Shown piece by piece: positions 1-5,991 of a DNA stretch of 32,290 nucleotides; position 1 is the stretch's first letter; each line of letters opens with the position of its first letter. Position numbers and translations under genes: made by a program. This stretch comes from an uncultured virus (IMG/VR IMGVR_UViG_3300030118_002829) (Duplodnaviria > Heunggongvirae > Uroviricota > Caudoviricetes): positions 62,001 through 94,290 of IMG/VR virus record IMGVR_UViG_3300030118_002829. One strand, 5' to 3'. The notes under the pieces were generated by a model. That model made no database searches, was not told the origin of the DNA, and was given only the letters and a program-made list of their open reading frames with translations.

Positions 1-148
1 CTTTTCCTTCTCCACCACTACCTGTTCTTTTGTAGAATAAGACCTTCTCATCTCCTAAGTCTGCAAGTAAAATTGGCCTACCATCTATCTCCATTAGCCA
101 CTCATAAGAAATATCTTGTTTAAGAATAACCATCCATTTGGGTAGCAT
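1..148 (-). CDS. hypothetical protein, partial (runs off window start): MLPKWMVILKQDISYEWLMEIDGRPILLADLGDEKVLFYKRTGSGGEGK...
   Basis: Manually translated open frame from ATG at 148 (minus), preceded by AGGTGAG Shine-Dalgarno; no stop before position 1. Confidence 0.7.
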   Translation of the reverse strand, partial: MLPKWMVILKQDISYEWLMEIDGRPILLADLGDEKVLFYKRTGSGGEGK

Positions 149-243
149 ATTTCTCACCTAACTTTTTCAAAAAATGACCTGTAATTTGTGTGGGACTAGC
201 AAAAATTTTTTGGGGCTTATCGTCTATTTCCAGCCAAATGCCT

Positions 244-540
244 TTAATCCTCCAATAACATTTTACTTATATCGTCTAACGATAACAGTTCGCTTATTCT
301 TTTATGAGCAACAGTTTGGCGTTTAGCGACAGGCACATTCAATCCGTTATCGCTACTCGATTTAGTAGCAAAATCATCTAAGGAAGTCTGTGTAGTCTTT
401 TTCCTTGTTGCATCTAACAATTCTTTTAGCAATCCTTCAGCGTCCTTTAACGCTTTATTGGCAATATCCGTTTTTACCTTTGCTTCGTGCATTAATTTAT
501 TGATTTCCCTTACGGCCTCAAAAACATCATCATCATCCAT
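244..540 (-). CDS. hypothetical coiled-coil protein
   Basis: 98 aa ORF, helical charged composition, same strand as neighbouring gene. Confidence 0.7.
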   Translation of the reverse strand: MDDDDVFEAVREINKLMHEAKVKTDIANKALKDAEGLLKELLDATRKKTTQTSLDDFATKSSSDNGLNVPVAKRQTVAHKRISELLSLDDISKMLLED

Positions 541-690
541 TGGAAACGCCTACTGATGCAAGCCTACTGTCGTTTAACTAATGAAGATATTGTTTATTCA
601 TTAAATTTTAATGGTGTAAGGCTTATCGTTTAACGACTATCAAATAAAAAATTTTTTCACAAAGCCATATGGTTGTAGGCTTTGCAAACA

Positions 691-721
691 ACCTTGATAG
701 GTAATCCGCAAACCTACTATC
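691..721 (+). promoter_or_regulatory. module promoter signature ACCTT...CTACTATC immediately before ATG (leaderless)
   Basis: Same bipartite motif with 31-33 nt spacing at the head of all six A/B modules. Confidence 0.65.
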
Positions 722-922
722 ATGAATGCAGAGGATATAGCAAGCCACATCGTTAATCTTACTATGAGATTAGATAACCAAAAAGAATTGAAAAAGGCAT
801 GGCAGGTTATTAGTAAAGCACTATTATATCTAAGTGCTAAAGATGACTTCTTTACAAGAGAACAAGAGTCATTAGAAATAATAGGTAGAATGAAAGAAGA
901 ACGATTGGAGGATTTAGTATGA
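722..922 (+). CDS. hypothetical protein
   Basis: 66 aa ORF directly after module promoter; ATGA overlap with next gene. Confidence 0.75.
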   Translation: MNAEDIASHIVNLTMRLDNQKELKKAWQVISKALLYLSAKDDFFTREQESLEIIGRMKEERLEDLV

Positions 923-1170
923 GTGATGAAGTAGCGGAATGGTGTGGTTATAATTCTACATGGGATATGCTCACATATCATCTTGACAAAGAAGAATTAA
1001 TGAACCTTCTTCAAGAGTTTGTCTATGAAGATAAGCAAGGTTGGATAGCAGAAATCATTGAAGATTTAGCAAAACAACATTATGAATGGGTAGACCATGA
1101 AAGGATTAAAGCAGACCATGAAGATAGAATGTATCAAGAATACAAAGACAAGATAAGAGGGATAGAATGA
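919..1170 (+). CDS. hypothetical acidic protein
   Basis: 83 aa ORF, GGAGG RBS, translationally coupled. Confidence 0.75.
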   Translation: MSDEVAEWCGYNSTWDMLTYHLDKEELMNLLQEFVYEDKQGWIAEIIEDLAKQHYEWVDHERIKADHEDRMYQEYKDKIRGIE

Positions 1171-1274
1171 CACAAGCAGGGATAATTAGATGTTTCAACT
1201 GCAAACGCTCAATAGGATATTGTGTATCCTTTGGGTGTGAACCAATAGAGGATAATCCTCGCCCTTCGGGGTAG
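1167..1274 (+). CDS. 35 aa Cys-rich microprotein (MTQAGIIRCFNCKRSIGYCVSFGCEPIEDNPRPSG)
   Basis: ATGA overlap, GAGG upstream, CxxC...Cx4C. Confidence 0.45.
   Translation: MTQAGIIRCFNCKRSIGYCVSFGCEPIEDNPRPSG
1261..1272 (+). terminator. GCCC-TTCG-GGGT hairpin ending module A1
   Basis: cUUCGg tetraloop stem just inside the right arm. Confidence 0.5.
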
Positions 1275-1352
1275 TTTACAAAGCACTACCATATGGTGAG
1301 GCAACTTTGAGATGACACGAACCTCATAACGAATTAGTGTTTACTACTATTG

Positions 1353-1478
1353 ATGGTAACTACTAGTTATTCGGATGATTGTGCATGTTGTGGAAAAGAA
1401 ATACACATTGACATGGATGGAGGATACCTTTGGGAAGGTTCTTTCGCTTGTGAGGAATGTATTGAGGAGATGGATTAA
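1353..1478 (+). CDS. 41 aa zinc-finger microprotein (MVTTSYSDDCACCGKEIHIDMDGGYLWEGSFACEECIEEMD)
   Basis: ATG directly after module promoter; CxxC...CxxC. Confidence 0.7.
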   Translation: MVTTSYSDDCACCGKEIHIDMDGGYLWEGSFACEECIEEMD

Positions 1479-1549
1479 TGGAATTAGTAATTAGGATAGA
1501 AACGGAAGAATGGATATACGAGGAGTGGATTGAAGATGAAAGCAAGTGA
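1478..1549 (+). CDS. 23 aa acidic peptide (MELVIRIETEEWIYEEWIEDESK)
   Basis: TAATG overlap, GAGGAG RBS. Confidence 0.45.
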   Translation: MELVIRIETEEWIYEEWIEDESK

Positions 1550-1667
1550 ATTAATGACAATGACATATAAACAAGTAGAAGAAATTGAACAACAATTATG
1601 GAAAGATTGGGAAATCGCAAGTAATGTTTTGAAAGTATTGAAGGCAATGAATAAGGAGGAAGAATGA
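1536..1667 (+). CDS. 43 aa helical microprotein (MKASELMTMTYKQVEEIEQQLWKDWEIASNVLKVLKAMNKEEE)
   Basis: GAGGAG upstream, ATGA overlap with next ORF. Confidence 0.6.
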   Translation: MKASELMTMTYKQVEEIEQQLWKDWEIASNVLKVLKAMNKEEE

Positions 1668-1840
1668 TGTTTCAAAGAAGACATATGCAAGCCGTAGCAG
1701 ACGAGGTAATGACATGGGACAAAACCATGAGCAAGAAACAGATAGTGGATAACCTCTGTTCGCTTTTTGCTTATTACAACCCAAATTTCAAGCCTGACAG
1801 ATTTAGAAAAGCCTGTTCAGCGTTTGAAGGGGAGTTGTGA
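1664..1840 (+). CDS. 58 aa protein with NPNFxxxRFxxAC motif
   Basis: MMFQRRHMQAVADEVMTWDKTMSKKQIVDNLCSLFAYYNPNFKPDRFRKACSAFEGEL; AGGAGG RBS. Confidence 0.7.
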   Translation: MMFQRRHMQAVADEVMTWDKTMSKKQIVDNLCSLFAYYNPNFKPDRFRKACSAFEGEL

Positions 1841-1847
1841 GGCGGTT

Positions 1848-1869
1848 GGAGTGGGGTAACGCCCACTCC
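1848..1869 (+). terminator. GGAGTGGG/CCCACTCC hairpin ending module B1
   Basis: Perfect 8 bp GC-rich stem 7 nt after the stop. Confidence 0.55.
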
Positions 1870-1921
1870 TTCTGCTATTCCTCAAAGTTAGCGAAGGAGT
1901 TCTAGCATTACCATATGGTTT

Positions 1922-2065
1922 TGAAATATGTGGGTATTCCTGAAGAAAAAAGACAGGATTTCTTCGGAAGCGTTAATTAATCTCAAATCTCTAGCAAGTT
2001 AGACTACTGATTTCAGATTATAATTTCCCATAACCCTTTGGTGTCCTTTCCGAACACATTTTTCA
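1922..2065 (-). other. module C1, non-coding, bounded by TGAAATATGTG / CACATTTTTCA
   Basis: Arms 1922-1932 and 2055-2065 (10/11); interior resembles C2 in opposite orientation. Confidence 0.7.
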
Positions 2066-2113
2066 CTACCATATGGTATTGGGCTTTGTATCAATACCCC
2101 AAATCGAATTTCA

Positions 2114-2202
2114 GTCCCCACCATCACATCTGCTAAGATGCTGAGACTCAGAACGGCCTATTCTGATTAAGGGGGTTTCCCTTATCTCTAGATGGTGGGG
2201 AC
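2114..2202 (-). terminator. branched stem-loop at the 3' end of module A2
   Basis: Perfect 12 bp stem GTCCCCACCATC/GATGGTGGGGAC enclosing sub-hairpins. Confidence 0.5.
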
Positions 2203-2233
2203 CTACTGCCGATACCTTTCATTCAATCAACCC

Positions 2234-2431
2234 CTACTCATGTTGGAGTATCTTGAAATCTTGGAGGGCTATCTGTAAGTCGGCAATGCACTTTTCTAGT
2301 TCATCACCACTCACACGAAGTTTCTTGATAATCAATTCATTGTTTCGATTATGACCAACTTCTATGACGAAGCGTTGTTCTTGGTTCGCTATATGTTCTT
2401 CAATTGTATTCTTTTTGTTAAACCATTTCAT
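2234..2431 (-). CDS. hypothetical protein
   Basis: 65 aa ORF with AGGAGTGA RBS on the minus strand. Confidence 0.75.
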   Translation of the reverse strand: MKWFNKKNTIEEHIANQEQRFVIEVGHNRNNELIIKKLRVSGDELEKCIADLQIALQDFKILQHE

Positions 2432-2790
2432 CTATATCACTCCTTGAATTTAAGCCGAAGTATTGCCTCCTTGACTAGTATCGGAGGCTGAGAACTTATG
2501 TGTCTACAAGTCGGAGGGATTTTCTCAGCACATTACTTGGTCTGTTCCTGTTGCATCCTTAACCTCCTAGGAAGAATAAGGCAAGATGAGCCGTTCATGG
2601 TGATAAACAAATATCGCACTTAGGTTTCGATTCTCTACTTCTATTACCAACCAAATCAACTGCCTACGAGGACAGTATATTTTCGATTGGTCGTGATAGT
2701 AGGATTTGGCTAATGTATTTCAAGGTAAGAATACAAAGCCCTTACCATATGGTTGTTTAACTTTGAGGCTGAACAACCATGCTAAAAGTC

Positions 2791-2827
2791 GCTCCCCCCG
2801 CTTAAGAGGCTGAAGGTGGGGGGGAGC
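2791..2827 (-). terminator. GCTCCCCCC/GGGGGGAGC hairpin ending module B2
   Basis: 9 bp GC stem downstream of the minus-strand stop at 2856. Confidence 0.5.
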
Positions 2828-2855
2828 ATTTTGTTGAAAACCTTCCGTTGGGACA

Positions 2856-3107
2856 TTAGCGTGTAAACCTGTTAAATGTCTTCAATTCTGCTTTGGTGCG
2901 TTTTGCAAGTTCTCCTCTCCAACTTTGTAGGTTAGCGAGAACATATGGGATTTGTTGTTCCAATCCCTCATCACCATACATGTGATATGCTTCTAATGAC
3001 GCATTAGCATAGGTCTTTGCATAATCAGCAAAACCCCCTGTGGCATTGTCAATCACTATTTGCATTAATTCAAAAATTCGTTCTACTTGTTCATCTGTAT
3101 ATTCCAT
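2856..3107 (-). CDS. hypothetical protein (MEYTDEQ..., 83 aa)
   Basis: Start reassigned from 3134 to ATG 3107: AGGAGG RBS and TGATG overlap with upstream ORF. Confidence 0.75.
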   Translation of the reverse strand: MEYTDEQVERIFELMQIVIDNATGGFADYAKTYANASLEAYHMYGDEGLEQQIPYVLANLQSWRGELAKRTKAELKTFNRFTR

Positions 3108-3220
3108 CAATATTCCTCCTTGTTCTGCAACCAATCTTTACCTTTGCAATCTGCAATGGCTTTCAATAGGTCAATTTCTTCTCTTGTTAGGTATTTGTTC
3201 CGTAACTGTGTCCTGTTCAT
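3107..3220 (-). CDS. 37 aa microprotein (MNRTQLRNKYLTREEIDLLKAIADCKGKDWLQNKEEY)
   Basis: ATG directly after the module promoter signature; coupled to next gene. Confidence 0.65.
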   Translation of the reverse strand: MNRTQLRNKYLTREEIDLLKAIADCKGKDWLQNKEEY

Positions 3221-3285
3221 CAATAGATAGCACTACAATTTTGACATAAGGTATCTTTCCTCAAAGTTCGATACCATATGGTTCG

Positions 3286-3437
3286 ATGAAAAAACTTTAG
3301 TCGAGGGTATATGAAGGTGCGACTTGAAAATAATCTCAGATGAGTAGCGATATGCTAGAATATTGACATTGTTTTCTGTTTTCCGCATATTCTCAAGTAA
3401 ATTGACATTTTTCACTAAATTATCCTACATTTTTCAT
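3286..3437 (+). other. module C2, non-coding, bounded by ATGAAAAA / TTTTTCAT
   Basis: Arms 3286-3293 and 3430-3437; length similar to C1; internal similarity to the reverse complement of C1. Confidence 0.7.
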
Positions 3438-3535
3438 TACCATATGGTTCGGCTTTGCACAGAACCCTACAAATAGATTCAACATTCTCTACTATTGCAA
3501 GTCAAGAACGATTGAATCAGATTGATTAACAGGAG

Positions 3536-4075
3536 ATGAAAAGAATGGCAGACTATACAATGGATGATGACAAGTGGAACTCACGGGTTGCTTTGATTGA
3601 ATCCCACATCAAGAATAACGATGTTGGAGACATGGAAGCACCTTTGATGTGGAACCTAAAACAAGGAACAGAAAAACCCGAATACCGTAAGCGATATTGG
3701 AACAACATTACCAATATGTTCGCAACTGTGGATAACTCACCGATTATTATCGGCAAGAGAAGTTCACTCCCCCAAGCAGTGCAGGACTCTATGGAGATAC
3801 TATGTGCGGAATATGCAACTGGCCAAAGTGCGCTTTTTGCTAGCCACCCAATGTATGCTCAAGTGCTTCGTGCAAGAGGTATCGCTGGATACACTCCTTA
3901 CGAAAATGCGGAGTCCTATGCAAAGGCTCAAGTTGCAAACTTGAAAACAAGGCTTACAGGATACTACAAGAACTACACCGACAAAAACGCTGAATTGATT
4001 CAGTGGGATGGAACACTAAGTAAGGATGGTTCACCAAACCTTACTGTTCCAGCAGTTGAGGAGGCTGAAGTCTGA
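3536..4075 (+). CDS. hypothetical protein (179 aa)
   Basis: Long ORF, AGGAG upstream (start could be ATG 3545). Confidence 0.85.
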   Translation: MKRMADYTMDDDKWNSRVALIESHIKNNDVGDMEAPLMWNLKQGTEKPEYRKRYWNNITNMFATVDNSPIIIGKRSSLPQAVQDSMEILCAEYATGQSALFASHPMYAQVLRARGIAGYTPYENAESYAKAQVANLKTRLTGYYKNYTDKNAELIQWDGTLSKDGSPNLTVPAVEEAEV

Positions 4076-4096
4076 GCCTAATCGTTCTTGGCTTGC

Positions 4097-4134
4097 ACCT
4101 CACAGGATTTGCCTTCGGGCATTTCTTGTGAGGT
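4097..4134 (+). terminator. long hairpin with cUUCGg loop ending module A3
   Basis: ACCTCACAGGA..GCC-TTCG-GGC..TCTTGTGAGGT. Confidence 0.6.
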
Positions 4135-4167
4135 ATGTTTACAAAGCAACATACCATATGGTAACAA

Positions 4168-4599
4168 AACTTTGAGGATTATGTTACCTTATGAAAAATG
4201 ATTAAACCTTACTATCATGATTGATTGGGAAGACATGGTTAAAGAATACAAGAAGCAATATGATGATGAAGACGGAATTAATGAATTTATTGATAGTTTA
4301 CTACCTGTATATTATGGAGATATATATTCAACCTATCATGAAGAAATTGGGACACCTATGAACATTGAAATTGAGGAGCATCACCAAGGTATGCAAATTT
4401 GGCAAATAATGAATATAGATATTTTTAATTCATTTTTTGAGAGTTTTCACTCTGCATGGACTCCTTTTGATGAGGAGGAGTGAATTTGAGATACTGGGGA
4501 GTGGTTTTGTATGTTTACCACAGGCAAGGGAGCCTCGGCAGATATGCCAAAAAGCCGAAAACTAAACATTCACCCTTCGGGGTCATTCTTCTCAAAGTT
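4168..4599 (+). other. module B3, bounded by AACTTTGAG / CTCAAAGTT
   Basis: Arms 4168-4176 and 4591-4599 (9/9); promoter signature 4186-4216; cUUCGg hairpin 4572-4583. Confidence 0.8.
4217..4483 (+). CDS. very acidic hypothetical protein
   Basis: 88 aa ORF directly after the module promoter signature. Confidence 0.8.
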   Translation: MIDWEDMVKEYKKQYDDEDGINEFIDSLLPVYYGDIYSTYHEEIGTPMNIEIEEHHQGMQIWQIMNIDIFNSFFESFHSAWTPFDEEE

Positions 4600-5008
4600 A
4601 TGACCATATGGTTGGTAGAGACTTAAACTTGAAATTATTTTTCTTAAAGTTAAGTTTTTGATGCTCGACTTGCAAATATGCCAGTTTAAATAGTTTCCAA
4701 GAATCCCAATACTGAGAATGATTCAATATTCATTCTTAGATTATCTCGCATGGAGATTGACTTCTTCAATGCGACTAATACCTAACCTTAGTATATCAAC
4801 GCAGTATCACAAGGTAGTCAATTTTACCACCCATTTTTGTATGGATTTATTTGGGTTACATTCAATTGACATATACAGTATAATATAATGTATAGGTATT
4901 AGATAATTAATACATAATATTTGATTTGATAATATGGATTTTTCTTTATTTTGCAATTATTGTAGTGAACTACAAAATCAAAAATGGGGAAAAACCGAGG
5001 GACGCAAA

Positions 5009-5140
5009 AGAGAAAGTAAGTATTATTGTAATATTGTAAATATTGTAATAATATAATATATATTATACTCTCTTTCTTTTACTTACTTTCTTTCTCTATG
5101 GGAAGTGTTACAATATCTACAATATTACAATATTCTACAA
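5009..5140. repeat. AT-rich iteron-like repeats; candidate replication origin
   Basis: TATTGTAA at 5024, 5032, 5041; inverted (T/C)TACAATA at 5108, 5117, 5125; (AT)n core between them. Confidence 0.55.
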
Positions 5141-5285
5141 AATGGCTCGCAGTGTCATCTTTGCATTTTTTACAAAGACTGCATAATGCGAAAATATACT
5201 ACAATAATGAAAGAAGCAGGAAAATTCCAGATTTTTTTCATATGAGTTTTTTAATGTGAAACTACTAGCATAAACAGGTGATGAT

Positions 5286-5546
5286 ATGGATACACAAAAG
5301 AAAATAAAAGACACAATCAAAATGATAGAGAAGTTACTACTATCAAAGAATAAGCAATACGGAGATTCCGCAATGAATCCCCTTGGCATATTTGCTAATG
5401 GTTCAGCAGAGGAATTGATTCGTGTTAGAATAGATGATAAATTAAATAGATTACTTCAAGGAGATGAATCTATAGAAAGTGATACAGATGTAATATTAGA
5501 CCTAATCGGTTATCTTGTATTACTTCTAATATCAATGGAAGAATAA
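5286..5546 (+). CDS. DUF1599 / nucleotide modification-associated domain (Nmad1-like) protein
   Basis: KNxxYGDS...IRVRIDDKLNRL...DLIGY pattern; AGGTGA RBS. Confidence 0.7.
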   Translation: MDTQKKIKDTIKMIEKLLLSKNKQYGDSAMNPLGIFANGSAEELIRVRIDDKLNRLLQGDESIESDTDVILDLIGYLVLLLISMEE

Positions 5547-5566
5547 GATTTGAATGAGTCCCACCA

Positions 5567-5756
5567 CTATCTATAGAGCGAGTAACCAAAAGGTATGAGT
5601 TAAAAGGGTTAAACTGGATAACGGTCTGAGTAATGAAAGCGAAGTAGATGGGTTCAAAACTATTGTTTGAGAATAGATAATCTTGAATGCACTCAAAACT
5701 ATTGGGCTGGCCTAATAGACCTCTGCATGAAGGGCGGGGCATCGTTCTATAGATGG
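5567..5756 (+). ncRNA. candidate structured RNA
   Basis: 15 bp closing stem (5567-5581/5742-5756, two G-U pairs), internal hairpins, duplicated TCAAAACTATTG. Confidence 0.4.
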
Positions 5757-5766
5757 AGATGAGATT

Positions 5767-5991
5767 ATGAATGATGAAGAAAGAAATAGATTACTAGAAG
5801 AAGTTCAAAGTGTAATTACTGAACAATGTGAAAGTTTGAGAAATTCAGTTGATGATTTAATTAGGGGCATGGTTGGTATGACATATGCGGCTCTAATGCA
5901 TTTAGATAAAGACGATTATGAAAGTGCTAGGCAACAATTACTTGATATTATAGTTATATTAGAAAAAAGAAAGTTGGAGATGGAAGAATGA
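5767..5991 (+). CDS. hypothetical protein
   Basis: 74 aa ORF, GGAG RBS, ATGA overlap. Confidence 0.75.
   Translation: MNDEERNRLLEEVQSVITEQCESLRNSVDDLIRGMVGMTYAALMHLDKDDYESARQQLLDIIVILEKRKLEMEE

Larger units (their letters stand above)
679..1284 (+). other. module A1, bounded by inverted repeats GCTTTGCAAA / TTTACAAAGC
   Basis: Arms 679-688 and 1275-1284 (9/10 complementary); promoter signature, three ORFs, cUUCGg hairpin. Confidence 0.8.
1303..1889 (+). other. module B1, bounded by AACTTTGAG / CTCAAAGTT
   Basis: Arms 1303-1311 and 1881-1889 (9/9); promoter signature 1321-1352; four coupled micro-ORFs; hairpin 1848-1869. Confidence 0.8.
2081..2741 (-). other. module A2 (inverted), bounded by GGGCTTTGTAT / ATACAAAGCCC
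   Basis: Arms 2081-2091 and 2731-2741 (11/11); promoter signature on minus strand 2726-2695. Confidence 0.8.
2759..3268 (-). other. module B2 (inverted), bounded by AACTTTGAGG / CCTCAAAGTT
   Basis: Arms 2759-2768 and 3259-3268 (10/10); promoter signature on minus strand 3252-3221; hairpin 2791-2827. Confidence 0.8.
3452..4147 (+). other. module A3, bounded by GCTTTGCA / TACAAAGC
   Basis: Arms 3452-3459 and 4140-4147 (7/8); promoter signature 3464-3497; hairpin 4097-4134. Confidence 0.8.
664..4612. repeat. array of nine palindromic (A)CCATATGGT sites delimiting eight modules
   Basis: CCATATGG core starts at 665, 1289, 1911, 2069, 2745, 3274, 3440, 4154, 4604; all lie between the genes called here; not noticed elsewhere in the window. 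Confidence 0.95.

Noticed and set aside
640..1784. Minus-strand ORFs 640-981, 1363-1647, 1484-1690, 1596-1784
   Set aside because: Antisense shadows of coupled plus-strand genes that have promoter and RBS support
2941..2948. ACATATGG near-copy of the palindrome
   Set aside because: Inside a CDS, lacks the first C and has no flanking arms
3040..3756. ORFs 3040-3249 (+), 3233-3415 (-), 3553-3756 (-)
   Set aside because: Antisense to better-supported genes or running across palindrome junctions; no RBS
664..4612. CRISPR array interpretation of the CCATATGG repeats
   Set aside because: Repeat core is only 8-12 bp, spacing is 150-710 bp and spacers contain genes; no cas genes
664..4612. Classical integron attC sites or IS/MITE ends
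   Set aside because: No GTTRRRY/RYYYAAC cores, no integrase or transposase in the window, no target-site duplications; cassettes carry their own promoters and occur in both orientations
5135..5742. Minus-strand ORFs 5135-5389 and 5470-5742
   Set aside because: Overlap the DUF1599-like gene in antisense; atypical composition
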